A stretch of 64,000 nucleotides of DNA from Eledone cirrhosa (lineage: Eukaryota). The notes under the pieces are model-generated. The model had not been told where the DNA came from and did no database searches. It was given only the letters and a program-made list of their open reading frames with translations. Positions 50,325 through 62,700 of this stretch are shown one piece after another (the first letter of the stretch is position 1; each line of letters starts with the position of its first letter). The stretch spans positions 194,494,001-194,558,000 of the forward strand of contig OZ024742.1 in the NCBI GenBank assembly GCA_964016885.1. The letters are read 5' to 3'. The position numbers and the translations under genes were made by a program.

Positions 50325-53300
50325 CAGTTGCATTTATCTTGCTTTATGTTCATACGAGTTATCACCAAGTCACAACCAGTGACCTCAAGAGACAACAAGG
50401 TCCGCCATGTTCAAGAAAGAACATACATACTCATACATGCATATTTAGTGTTTAGACTTGTGATGTACTTATATTGACAGAATCGTCCTTAGTATATGGG
50501 CAGTTCCCATTAGTACTATCTTTTGTATTTCTCCTATACGCGGGTTTCCTGGGATTTGCGATAAGTAATCATTAGACCCCTTAGGTATCATTCCCAGAGC
50601 GCCTACAACAACCACTGGTATTGATTTAGTTCTCAATTTCCACATTTTTCCAATTTCTATCTCCAGGTCCTTATACTTGCTCAATTTTTCAAATGTTTTT
50701 ATAGATACATTCTTGTCTATTGGAACAGACATATCAATTAGCAGGCATACCCTCTTTTTAAAGTCCTTCAATATTATATCAAGTCTATTTGCATCTATTT
50801 TTCGGTCTGTTTGGATGCTAAAGTTCCACAAGATTGAGATGTGATCTTTTTCTTTTTCAAGTATGGGAGGTGGTTGGTGCTCCAACCAATTCTTTTGATG
50901 GGGCAGGTCAAAATGCTTACACATTATCCAATGTATGTATTGTGCAGCTCTGTCATGCCTGTTTAGGTATTCGGTTGGAGCCACAGGACTGCACATTGAA
51001 ATTATATGGTCAATGGTCTTTGGTTGTTTTTTGCATACACGGCATAATGGGCTGCATCCATTTTTTATTATGTTGGCTTGGTAATTTTTTGTTGGCAGAC
51101 ACTGAGCTTGTGTTGATATAATCAGTCCTTCAGTCTCCGATTTCAGTGCAGAGGATGCCAACCACTGATGGGTTAAAGTTTTGTCGACATCAGGATTGTT
51201 AGCTCGCTCTGGGTATTTTCCATACAGAGGCTTTTCTTGCCATTTCTTAGCCAGTTTCTGTAGCATTCCTTTCTTTCCAGTTGCTTGTAAATGCTTTGCT
51301 TTTTCTGTGTTTTCCATTTCAGCAGTGAATGGGACTTCTGAAATGTGTAGTCCGTTACTGTATCTTTGTGCATCTTTTGTAATGGAATATGATCTTTCGA
51401 TGCTTTCGTGTTTCAAAACGAGTTTGATTATCCAATCATGTGATTCCCTTAGATATGTAGATAATCCAATTGTTTCAGTTTTCAACGCAATGTCTAACTG
51501 GATTAACCCACGTCCTCCTTCTTTCCTAGGGAGATATATTCTATCTATATCTGCCTTAGGGTGATGCATTCTGTGTATGGTTAAGAATTTTCGAATTTTT
51601 GTATCGAGCCTACGGATCTCTGTGCTTGACCAGTCGATGACATTGTAACTGTAGGTTACTACTAGTATGGCAAGCGTGTTTATGTCATCGATCCTATTCC
51701 TTGCATTCAATTCCATTCTTAAGATTGCTCTTACTCTGCGGTAACATTCCTTCCATATCCTTTCCCTCATTGTCGAGTGCTTGATTCCGTCTCCTTCACA
51801 AACACCTAGATATTTGTAAGTTTTTTCTTGATCAAGTTCTCTTATCACGTTCCCCCGATCAAGATTAATGTCTGAACTCTTCAGCAGCTTTCCTTTGGTG
51901 AACGTTGCTTTGGCGCATTTATCTAGTCCAAACTCCATTTTAATGTCATCACTGAACTGCTCCACAGTGGATAATATCCCTTGCAATTGTTCATCATTTT
52001 TTGCAAATAGTTTCAGGTCATCCATGTAGAATAAGTGATTAATGGTTTTGTCATAGACTCTATATCCATGTTTTGTTTCATTGAGCATTTTACTTAATGG
52101 TATAAGTGCGATGCAGAATAAAAGCGGTGATAAAGAGTCACCCTGAAAAATTCCACAATTAATATTAACTTCTCCAGCTTCCAGTGATTTTGTTTCACTA
52201 TTCAAAAGGAGTGTCGTTTTCCATGTCTTCATACTGAATGACAAAAACCTCCTGACAACGGGAGATATTTTAAAAATCTCTAAACCATTTTCAATCTAAC
52301 TGTGTGGCAAACTATCGAATGCTTTTTTATAATCTATCCAAGCAATCGATAGATTTTTGTGTCTATTATGACAATCTTCCAGTATCATTTTGTTAACCAG
52401 AAGCTGATCCTTACAGCCATATGAGCCTCGTTTACACCTTTTCTGCTCAATGGGAAATAGGTCATTTGTTATCAGGTGGTCATATGTGTATTCAGTTAGG
52501 ACTGATGTTAAAATTTTATACATTGTGGTCAAGCAAGTTATCGGTCTGTAATTTTTGGGATTGTTTGTCTCATCATTCTTCGGAAGCAGGAATGTAATGC
52601 CGTTAACTAGCCATAATGGTATCTTTTCTGGCTCCTTAACTATTTCATTGTAAAGTTGGGCTAACAGCTCATGAGACTCTGTTAAGGCATTTATCCAAAA
52701 GTTTTGTATTTTGTCTTTTCCTGGTGATTTCCATTTGCTGGTTTTTCTTAGAGCCAAGCGCAACTGTTCAACTGTTATATTTTCCCATATTTGTTCCTCA
52801 AGGTGAGCTGTATCTTTCATTTGTCTGTCTATCCATGGGGCATGTATTTATGAACTTTTTCTTCGGCCCAGATCTTTTCCCAGAATTCTTGCACTTCCTC
52901 CTAGGGTGGTATTGATTTAGCAGTTATTGTAGTCTTACCAATTTTTCTGTAGAAGTTTCTTTGGTTGTTTTTTAACATATTATTGTCCTTATAGAATCTA
53001 GATCGTTTTACAAAGCGCCTTATACGAGCAGCTTTGGCCGACACTTTTTGCTTGATTATTTCTATCAGCATGTCTATGTCACTTGTTGATTTTATACTGT
53101 ACTTTTTCTTCTATTTTCTAAGTTTAGTTTGTTTAACATGTTCACCTACTTTATAGTTTGTTAAAATTTCTATGTCAGATCGGAGAAGGTTTATTTGGCG
53201 ATTGATGTTCTGTTGCCAAGTAGATTTCTTGTGGGAATTCCTTTGTTTTTTCATCTTCACTCCACATAAGTGAGTGGTGACTTTAGCCGATGCATAATAG

Positions 53301-54280
53301 AGATGATTTAAATCAGTAATGTTTAGTTTGTTTGTAATGATAATATTTTTGAGAATTATGTTAGATTGTGTATTATCTTTTGGTTCTGTTTGCAGTTCTG
53401 GATCTTACGGAGAGTGTCTCGTTTCCCCATGTCAGATTCTTTCATTTTCATCCATTCAATCATAATTTCATCTTTCAAGTTGGCAAGTTCATTCTCATTC
53501 ATTTCTTTATCATTTACGATCTCATTATTTTCATTTGGAGTTTCATCTTGAGCATGCACTCCCTCCTCTTTTTCTATCCTTTCTTTAATTTGTTCTGTTG
53601 CCAGTGATTCTGCCCCAACCCTGGGATTCGAAGTGTTACAATTTACCTCGTTTTCACTGACACATGTTTCATTTTGCCTTCGCTGACTTTGTGCTAATAG
53701 CTTGATCTGATCAATTTCTATATCAGTTAGTAACTTTTTTCTTACAATATTTCTTCGTATATTGGCTAGTTTGTCAATATAGCCTCTGTTTTCGGGATGT
53801 TTCTTTTTCCAGTTGATATATGTCTGTTCTGTATTCGATGTATTTGATTGGTAGTACATGGCAGTGTAGAAAGCCTCAAGGACTTCTTTATTATCTTCCC
53901 TTGACCATTTTTCTCTTTTTCTTTGGATTTCTTGGTGGTGAGCATGGAGGGCCAACAGTAGGAGTATTCCGGTTATGGGAGGTCTCCAGCTCCGAAGTGA
54001 TGGGACGGTTTGAACCATTAGCTGATTGTTCGACCCCAGTCTGGTTCCTCTCTGAGGGACGCGGCCCTTTTTTACCCGGGTGACGGCCGATCCGGTATGA
54101 GATTTTATCATTAGACATTTACTTTATTTTGTCGCGTTTTATCCTTATCCACCAAGGGGTAATCATTTAGTGTTACCACTTCTAGAACGAGTGTCAACCA
54201 AGACTAGAGGGGTCGTTCTCCCCTAGAGACACGGCTATTCCCCGCCGGCCGCCATCCCGGTATTTCTTGGTCACGGGGTT
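50325..54280 (-). mobile_element. Near full-length Dong family B element with stops and frameshifts
   Basis: REKWSREDN Myb-like region, KSPGKD, NYRPITCL, WIDYKKAFD, GIFQGDSLSP, FYMDD, CRVC, RHD and LIDMSVP. Same architecture as family A but divergent DNA. Confidence 0.92.
50469..52244 (-). pseudogene. Family B RT C-terminal half plus restriction-like endonuclease (591-aa open segment)
   Basis: FYMDDLKLF and KLSKYKDL motifs; separated from the upstream RT part by a stop at 52296. Confidence 0.88.
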
Positions 54281-54658
54281 TTCTTTTTGTTGTTTTTTTT
54301 TTAAATTGTTATTATCATGAGTGGTTCCTTAATGTGAGCATTGCATGGCTTAAGAATGAAATTATTAATAATTGTCTCCACTCCAGGCACAAGGCCAGCA
54401 ATTACCCAGTGCATTACAATAATATAATATACTTTTTGCTGAAGTTGCCTGTTATTGTTGTTGGCTATGTCGGTGGTGGTGCTGGGGCTTTTTATATTGT
54501 TGGTGAGGAAGGGGTGAGCCAGCAGTGCCATAGTTGTTGACGTTTGGCCGGTGGCCAGGTCACTAAGTCAATCTATTTATATATTTTGCTAGCCTCTCCC
54601 TTGTCTAGTGATACCGCCACCTTCCCCTTTCTCAAGTTAACAGTTATTATTATTATTA

Positions 54659-54902
54659 CAGTTGCATTTATCTTGCTTTATGTTCATACGAGTTATCACC
54701 AAGTCACAACCAGTGACCTCAAGAGACAACAAGGTCCGCCATGTTCAAGAAAGAACATACATACTCACACATGCATCTTTAGTGTTTAGACTTGTGATGT
54801 ACTTATATTGACAGAATATTCCTTAGTATATGGGCAGTTCCCATTAGTACTATCTTTTGTATTTCTCCTATACGCGGGTTTCCTGGGATTTGCGATAAGT
54901 AA
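54659..54902 (-). mobile_element. Dong family B 3' stub (~245 bp)
   Basis: Matches 50325-50568; between (TTA)n tracts. Confidence 0.9.
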
Positions 54903-54908
54903 TTATTA

Positions 54909-54939
<31 letters not shown>

Positions 54940-54964
54940 TATTATTATTATTGTTATTGTTATT

Positions 54965-55503
54965 CCTTGAATCTCAGTCATTGATGTTGGTTAACTGGAA
55001 AGTCCGTTGGATTGAATATCAAGCCACTACCTGCAGCCTCAGATATTCAGGACGTATCGGAGGGTTCTTGCCGTTCCAAGCAAGCATGCCTTTTGAAGCG
55101 TTCCAAAAAGCGTGAAGGGGCCGATTTTCTTTAACCATCCCTGGAAACCTTTGGAGATAGTCCCCAGTGCGCCTATGACAATCGGGATCACTTTGACTTC
55201 ATGGCAGTTCCAAATCCTTTTCACCTCCCACTTTAGGTCCTGGTATCGGTTAATTTTCTCCCTCTCCTTCTCTTGCACTCTCGTGTCGAACGGGCAGGCC
55301 ACATCCACAATCAGGCACGATCTTTTTTCTTTGTCCACAACCACCAGGTCAGGTCTATTGTGTTCCAGTTTTTTGTCCGTCTGTATCCTAAAATCCCACA
55401 GCACCTTCACCTGACTGTTCTCCATCACCGCCTCTGGCCTATGCTCATACCATTTCTCAGAATGTGGTAGATTGTTTACTTTGCACAGGTGCCAGTGGAT
55501 CAC
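54965..55503 (-). mobile_element. 5'-truncated Dong family A copy (539 bp)
   Basis: Essentially identical to the 3' end of the full-length A copies. Confidence 0.93.
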
Positions 55504-55532
55504 TTATTATTATTATTATTGTTATTGTTATT

Positions 55533-58500
55533 CCTTGAATCTCAGTCATTGATGTTGGTTAACTGGAAAGTCCGTTGGATTGAATATCAAGCCACTACCT
55601 GCAGCCTCAGATATTCAGGACGTATCGGAGGGTTCTTGCCGTTCCAAGCAAGCATGCCTTTTGAAGCGTTCCAAAAAGCGTGAAGGGGCCGATTTTCTTT
55701 AACCATCCCTGGAAACCTTTGGAGATAGTCCCCAGTGCGCCTATGACAATCGGGATCACTTTGACTTCATGGCAGTTCCAAATCCTTTTCACCTCCCACT
55801 TTAGGTCCTGGTATCGGTTAATTTTCTCCCTCTCCTTCTCTTGCACTCTCGTGTCGAACGGGCAGGCCACATCCACAATCAGGCACGATCTTTTTTCTTT
55901 GTCCACAACCACCAGGTCAGGTCTATTGTGTTCCAGTTTTTTGTCCGTCTGTATCCTAAAATCCCACAGCACCTTCACCTGACTGTTCTCCATCACCGCC
56001 TCTGGCCTATGCTCATACCATTTCTCAGAATGTGGTAGATTGTTTACTTTGCACAGGTGCCAGTGGATCACCCTGCCCATCACATCGTGTCTCCAGCCCT
56101 TATAGTGGGTCTGGGCTAGGTGTTTACACTCGGACACAATGTGAGCCACAGTCTCCTCTCTCTCTCCACAGATCCTGCACAGTGGGCTAGCCTCCTCCTT
56201 GTAGATATGGTGCTTCAACCACTTCGTTTTGAGGGCCTGCTCCTGCGCAGCCATTAGCATTCCTTCTGTAGCCTTTTTGAGGTCTCCTCTTCTCAACCAG
56301 TTCCATGTCTGTGGGTCTCTAAATTCAGTTTTCTCAAAGAAGGTACTATGAAGGGATTTTCCCTTAAGGCTGCTCTTCCTCCTTGATGTTATTTCCTCCT
56401 TGGGTATCCCCTGGCCTACTGTCCCCTCCTTCAGTACAGCTCTGAGCATTGGCTCCTTACTATAGGTCACGTATTTGTATAGGTTGTTTTTCTCCATCTG
56501 AACACAGTCCTCTATGCTGATAAGACCTCTTCCACCCTCAGATCTCCTTAGGTAGAGTCTATCGACATCACTCCTCTTGTGGAACATGTTGTAGATAGTC
56601 AATAGCTTCCTAGTCTTCCTATCCATTTCTTTTTGTTTAGCAACATTCCATCTCAGAATTCCCGCACTGTACCTAATAATAGACACAGCTCGGGAATTTA
56701 CTGCGCTTATGGCATTTCTGCTGTTCAGATGTGACTTCAATACGCTCCTTACTCTCCGAATGTATTCAGTTCTTAACAATTCCTTCATTTTTTTGTTCTT
56801 TATGCCATCAGCCTCCAGAACGCCCAAATACTTGTATCCTTCCTCAGAGTCAATTTCCTTTATCATCTCACCTGTTGGTATCTGGATCCCGTTACTTCTG
56901 CTCAACCTACCCCTCCTCATCACAATGACTCCACATTTACCAATACCAAACTGCATACATATATCACTGCTGAAAATACGGACAGTGTCAACAAGCACAT
57001 CCAACTCCTTCTCACGTTTCCCGAAGAGCTTAAGATCGTCCATGAAGAGGAGGTGATTGATGGTAAGCTCTCCCCTTCCCAACTTGTATCCTGCTCTCAC
57101 TTTTCGCAGCATAATGGTCAAGGGCATCAGGGCAAGGACAAACAACAGAGGGGACAGGCTATCTCCCTGGAAGATACCTCTCTTGATCTTCACGCTTCCC
57201 AAGGATACTCCAGTTGATGTCAACTCTGTCTCCCAGGACCCCATACTCCTGCCCAGCAACTGTCTGATGTTATCTGCTTGTTCCGCCCCAGGGATCAAGT
57301 CGTTGCCTCTTTCTTTCCCCTCAAGCTGTCCAAACAGCATCTTCTGGTTGTTGTCGAACATGCGGTTCTGTTTATACTGACTGACTCTGTTCTCGTATCG
57401 CCTGATTTTGGCACTCTTTGCTACAATGCGTTGCTTCAATTCCTCTATGATAATATTTAGCTTTTTACTCCTAGTTTTGTATTTTATTTCCAGTCTATTT
57501 TTAGTGCCTATGTTTTTTAGTGTCCCATTCAGTAGTGACTCAAGCTTTCCTATGTCATTTCTCATTTCCCCGATTTGCCCACTCAGTCGCTTCTTCCACC
57601 ACGGCTCTGCTCTTTCTTGTCTGTTGTTTCCTCTCGCTTTTATACCAAGTAGTTTCCTCACCGTATTTGCTGTTGCTTTGAGGATATTGTGGCACTGGTG
57701 AAGACTCCTCGCCTCAAGGTATGGGATGACTTTGTTTACCTTAGCTGTTGTTTCTTTTAACTTTTTCCTGTCTACAAATCTTAGGTTCATAGGTCTCCCA
57801 CTATCATTGTTCAACTCATCTACCACTAAATTTAGGATGTCAACCGAATCTTGTCCTAGCCCGTCAGCATTCATCTCCTCAGTGACCGTATCTCTGTTCC
57901 AGGTATTATTTATCTCAGTATTCAGATCATTGTCTGCTTCGGGTGGTTCCTCCGCTCTCAGGACCTCCTCACCTTCATTTCCCGCCGGCTCGCTTGTCTG
58001 GCATACTACACCCGCCATCTCCAAGCCATTCTCTCTGCTCAGTTCCTCCAGTTCCAGCTCGCTTATCCACCCATTAGTTCTTATTACCCGAGCCTGCCCG
58101 GCCAATTTTTGTTCATCTAATTTAAATAAACCAATCTCGTTCCAGATGTTATGCATCCGTCTCCTGTAGCCCCTCTCCTTGGGGTTACTTTTCAGGTAGC
58201 ATTGCATAACAGTTCTATTCAATTCTTTCGTCCAGTTGGTTCTGGCCCCTTTCCTTCTTCTTCTTCCTCCAACATCAGCAGTATTTCGTTGACAGTCAGG
58301 TTCCTGCTGCTGAGCCAGGGGGCACCTGTTGGGTGAGAGTCTGTCACATGACGTTCTAGTCTCCATTTCACCGTTATTCGAACTGTTTATGTTCGATATT
58401 TAAACACTCTTATCGAGGATTGGCGAATGTATGTTTACATAGCCATCTGTGGATCCGCCATCCCACTTGGCCCTTGTGTGGCATTATCACCACGCTGTAT

Positions 58501-59741
58501 ACGGACACACATAAACAAACAAACACACGGGCAGAAAGGGCCCCAAAAATGAATAAGCATAAGTTTCATTGTAATGTAGTATTCGAATGTCTGACTTAGT
58601 TTTTGTTTTTTAAGTTTTACTTTTTCCCCCCTCTTCTCTGTCCGTCCGCCTGCTTCTCTCTTCATTCTTATTTTCTTTACGTTTTTGGGGTTTCTTTTTT
58701 TGTTTTTGTTTTTCTCTGTTTTTCTCGTTTTTTACTGTTGTTGCTGTGCTGCTTTTGTTGTTTGTTTTTTCTTTTTTCTTTTGAGTCTATCTATATATTT
58801 TGATGCCTTCCTCTTTGTTGGTAGTAGGAATTCTATAATGTGGAAGTGGTAGCCAGCAGAGACTAGCGGCGTTGGCGATACTGAGACAGTGGTGGCGGTG
58901 ATGTCGATACCGAGGCAGTGGTGGCGGTGATGCGACCGTATTACTGTAGTGATGGTGCTGTAGCGGTGGCAGCAGCAGTGAAGGAGTCAAGGGGTGGTGG
59001 CGGCGGTGATGGGATAGTGGTGGTAATGATGGCCGTAGTGAGCGGTGGCGGTGAAGGTGAAAATGCTGTTGTGTTTAGTGTACACAGATGATGGGGTGGG
59101 TGGTGTATCTAGTTTCTGGTGTTGGTGAGTTTCGCTGTCCTATATAGTGTAGCCAGAGGAGAGGAGGGGGAGGGGGTTATTCTTCCATTTATAGCCATTT
59201 TTTTTTTTTTTTTTGGATATACAGTGTACAATACAAAGTTGAATATTTGAATATTTGAGCCGTATTACTGTAGTGATGGTGCTGTAGCGGTGGCAGCAGC
59301 AGTGAAGGAGTCAAGGGGTGGTGGCGGCGGTGATGGGATAGTGGTGGTAATGATGGCCGTAGTGAGCGGTGGCGGTGAAGGTGAAAATGCTGTTGTGTTT
59401 AGTGTACACAGATGATGGGGTGGGCGGTGTATCTAGTTTCTGGTGTTGGTGAGTTTAGCTGTCCTATATAGTGTAGCCAGAGGAGAGGAGGGGGGGTTCT
59501 TCTTCTTCCATTTATAGCCATTTTTTTTTGGATATACAGTGTACAATACAAAGTTGAATATTTGAATATTTGAGCCTTATAACAATATATTTTGGGTCCG
59601 AATTTTTTGGGGCTCAAGCCGGGTGCTTTACGTAGCATTTGTACTAAGAGTTGTTATTTCACAAATGATTTAAATATGTTAAAAATTCAAAACTTACGGG
59701 AGCGATTTCATGACCTCCGTCACCTCGTGCGTCTTCTTCCC
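55533..59741 (-). mobile_element. Dong family A copy with both ends and an in-frame internal deletion
   Basis: Same 5' and 3' ends as 3218-8074; ORF is 919 aa versus 1130 aa. Confidence 0.93.
55607..58366 (-). CDS. Dong A polyprotein lacking 211 aa of the RT N-terminal half; endonuclease intact
   Basis: Open frame with the junction ...PGAEQA|DNIRQLL...; KSPGPDG through WIDYRKAFD are missing. Confidence 0.85.
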   Translation of the reverse strand: METRTSCDRLSPNRCPLAQQQEPDCQRNTADVGGRRRRKGARTNWTKELNRTVMQCYLKSNPKERGYRRRMHNIWNEIGLFKLDEQKLAGQARVIRTNGWISELELEELSRENGLEMAGVVCQTSEPAGNEGEEVLRAEEPPEADNDLNTEINNTWNRDTVTEEMNADGLGQDSVDILNLVVDELNNDSGRPMNLRFVDRKKLKETTAKVNKVIPYLEARSLHQCHNILKATANTVRKLLGIKARGNNRQERAEPWWKKRLSGQIGEMRNDIGKLESLLNGTLKNIGTKNRLEIKYKTRSKKLNIIIEELKQRIVAKSAKIRRYENRVSQYKQNRMFDNNQKMLFGQLEGKERGNDLIPGAEQADNIRQLLGRSMGSWETELTSTGVSLGSVKIKRGIFQGDSLSPLLFVLALMPLTIMLRKVRAGYKLGRGELTINHLLFMDDLKLFGKREKELDVLVDTVRIFSSDICMQFGIGKCGVIVMRRGRLSRSNGIQIPTGEMIKEIDSEEGYKYLGVLEADGIKNKKMKELLRTEYIRRVRSVLKSHLNSRNAISAVNSRAVSIIRYSAGILRWNVAKQKEMDRKTRKLLTIYNMFHKRSDVDRLYLRRSEGGRGLISIEDCVQMEKNNLYKYVTYSKEPMLRAVLKEGTVGQGIPKEEITSRRKSSLKGKSLHSTFFEKTEFRDPQTWNWLRRGDLKKATEGMLMAAQEQALKTKWLKHHIYKEEASPLCRICGEREETVAHIVSECKHLAQTHYKGWRHDVMGRVIHWHLCKVNNLPHSEKWYEHRPEAVMENSQVKVLWDFRIQTDKKLEHNRPDLVVVDKEKRSCLIVDVACPFDTRVQEKEREKINRYQDLKWEVKRIWNCHEVKVIPIVIGALGTISKGFQGWLKKIGPFTLFGTLQKACLLGTARTLRYVLNI

Positions 59742-59785
<44 letters not shown>

Positions 59786-59797
59786 GTTATTGTTATT

Positions 59798-62700
59798 CCT
59801 TGAATCTCAGTCATTGATGTTGGTTAACTGGAAAGTCCGTTGGATTGAATATCAAGCCACTACCTGCAGCCTCAGATATTCAGGACGTATCGGAGGGTTC
59901 TTGCCGTTCCAAGCAAGCATGCCTTTTGAAGCGTTCCAAAAAGCGTGAAGGGGCCGATTTTCTTTAACCATCCCTGGAAACCTTTGGAGATAGTCCCCAG
60001 TGCGCCTATGACAATCGGGATCACTTTGACTTCATGGCAGTTCCAAATCCTTTTCACCTCCCACTTTAGGTCCTGGTATCGGTTAATTTTCTCCCTCTCC
60101 TTCTCTTGCACTCTCGTGTCGAACGGGCAGGCCACATCCACAATCAGGCACGATCTTTTTTCTTTGTCCACAACCACCAGGTCAGGTCTATTGTGTTCCA
60201 GTTTTTTGTCCGTCTGTATCCTAAAATCCCACAGCACCTTCACCTGACTGTTCTCCATCACCGCCTCTGGCCTATGCTCATACCATTTCTCAGAATGTGG
60301 TAGATTGTTTACTTTGCACAGGTGCCAGTGGATCACCCTGCCCATCACATCGTGTCTCCAGCCCTTATAGTGGGTCTGGGCTAGGTGTTTACACTCGGAC
60401 ACAATGTGAGCCACAGTCTCCTCTCTCTCTCCACAGATCCTGCACAGTGGGCTAGCCTCCTCCTTGTAGATATGGTGCTTCAACCACTTCGTTTTGAGGG
60501 CCTGCTCCTGCGCAGCCATTAGCATTCCTTCTGTAGCCTTTTTGAGGTCTCCTCTTCTCAACCAGTTCCATGTCTGTGGATCTCTAAATTCAGTTTTCTC
60601 AAAGAAGGTACTATGAAGGGATTTTCCCTTAAGGCTGCTCTTCCTCCTTGATGTTATTTCCTCCTTGGGTATCCCCTGGCCTACTCTCCCCTCCTTCAGT
60701 ACAGCTCTGAGCATTGGCTCCTTACTATAGGTCACGTATTTGTATAGGTTGTTTTTCTCCATCTGAACACAGTCCTCTATGCTGATAAGACCTCTTCCAC
60801 CCTCAGATCTCCTTAGGTAGAGTCTATCGACATCACTCCTCTTGTGGAACATGTTGTAGATAGTCAATAGCTTCCTAGTCTTCCTATCCATTTCTTTTTG
60901 TTCAGCAACATTCCATCTCAGAATTCCCGCACTGTACCTAATAATAGACACAGCTCGGGAATTTACTGCGCTTATGGCATTTCTGCTGTTCAGATGTGAC
61001 TTCAATACGCTCCTTACTCTCCGAATGTATTCAGTTCTTAACAATTCCTTCATTTTTTTGTTCTTTATGCCATCAGCCTCCAGAACGCCCAAATACTTGT
61101 ATCCTTCCTCAGAGTCAATTTCCTTTATCATCTCACCTGTTGGTATCTGGATCCCGTTACTTCTGCTCAACCTACCCCTCCTCATCACAATGACTCCACA
61201 TTTACCAATACCAAACTGCATACATATATCACTGCTGAAAATACGGACAGTGTCAACAAGCACATCCAACTCCTTCTCACTTTTCCCGAAGAGCTTAAGA
61301 TCGTCCATGAAGAGGAGGTGATTGATGGTAAGCTCTCCCCTTCCCAACTTGTATCCTGCTCTCACTTTTCGCAGCATAATGGTCAAGGGCATCAGGGCAA
61401 GGACAAACAACAGAGGGGACAGGCTATCTCCCTGGAAGATACCTCTCTTGATCTTCACGCTTCCCAAGGATACTCCAGTTGATGTCAACTCTGTCTCCCA
61501 GGACCCCATACTCCTGCCCAGCAACTCTCTGATGTTATCTGCCACCCTGAAGATCTCCAGGCTTTTGGTGATCCAGGAATGAGGCACCATGTCAAATGCC
61601 TTTCTGTAGTCTATCCATCCCATGGCAAGATCAGTGTGTCTCCTCCTGCAATTCCCCATTACCATCTTATCAATAAGCAACTGGTCCTTTGTACCACGTG
61701 ACTTCTTTCGGCATCCTTTCTGTTCGTCCGGCAACAAGTTGTTTGTGTGGAGGTGATGGTAGATTTCCTCAGACACAATGCTCGTCAACAGTTTCCACAT
61801 TACGGGCAGACATGTGATAGGTCTATAGTTGGTAACATCATTACCCTTGATTCGGTCTTTCATTATCAGAACTGTGGTACCTTTTGTCAACCACTCTGGC
61901 ACCTCACCCGACACCAAGCAGTCATTGAACATGGCCGTCAGCTTCGGGTGGAGGGATGTTAAATGTTTAATCCAATACCCCTGCACACCATCTGGGCCTG
62001 GTGATTTCCAGTTGGTTAGTTTTTTGGCTTGCCCCTTAAGAGTTTCAACTGTGATACTCAAATCAGTCTGTTGCTGTGCCTGCTCACCGATCTCCCTCTG
62101 TACTGTCTCAATCCACCCTGCCTGGGCATTGTGTCTAACATCCTGCTCCCATATTCCTCTCCAGAATGTTTTAGCTTGTTCCGCCCCAGGGATCAAGTCG
62201 GTGCCTCTTTCTTTCCCCTCAAGCTGTCCAAACAGCATCTTCTGGTTGTTGTCGAACATGCGGTTCTGTTTATACTGACTGACTCTGTTCTCGTATCGCC
62301 TGATTTTGGCACTCTTTGCTACAATGCGTTGCTTCAATTCCTCTATGATAATATTTAGCTTTTTACTCCTAGTTTTGTATTTTATTTCCAGTCTATTTTT
62401 AGTGCCTATGTTTTTTAGTGTCCCATTCAGTAGTGACTCAAGCTTTCCTATGTCATTTCTCATTTCCCCGATTTGCCCACTCAGTCGCTTCTTCCACCAC
62501 GGCTCTGCTCTTTCTTGTCTGTTGTTTCCTCTCGCTTTTATACCAAGTAGTTTCCTCACCGTATTTGCTGTTGCTTTGAGGATATTGTTGCACTGGTGAA
62601 GACTCCTCGCCTCAAGGTATGGGATGACTTTGTTTACCTTAGCTGTTGTTTCTTTTAACTTTTTCCTGTCTACAAATCTTAGGTTCATAGGTCTCCCACT

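Noticed and set aside
57270-57285. In-frame deletion as a spliced-out intron
   Set aside because: No placement of the junction gives GT/GC...AG boundaries on the sense strand; 2-bp microhomology fits deletion or template switch.
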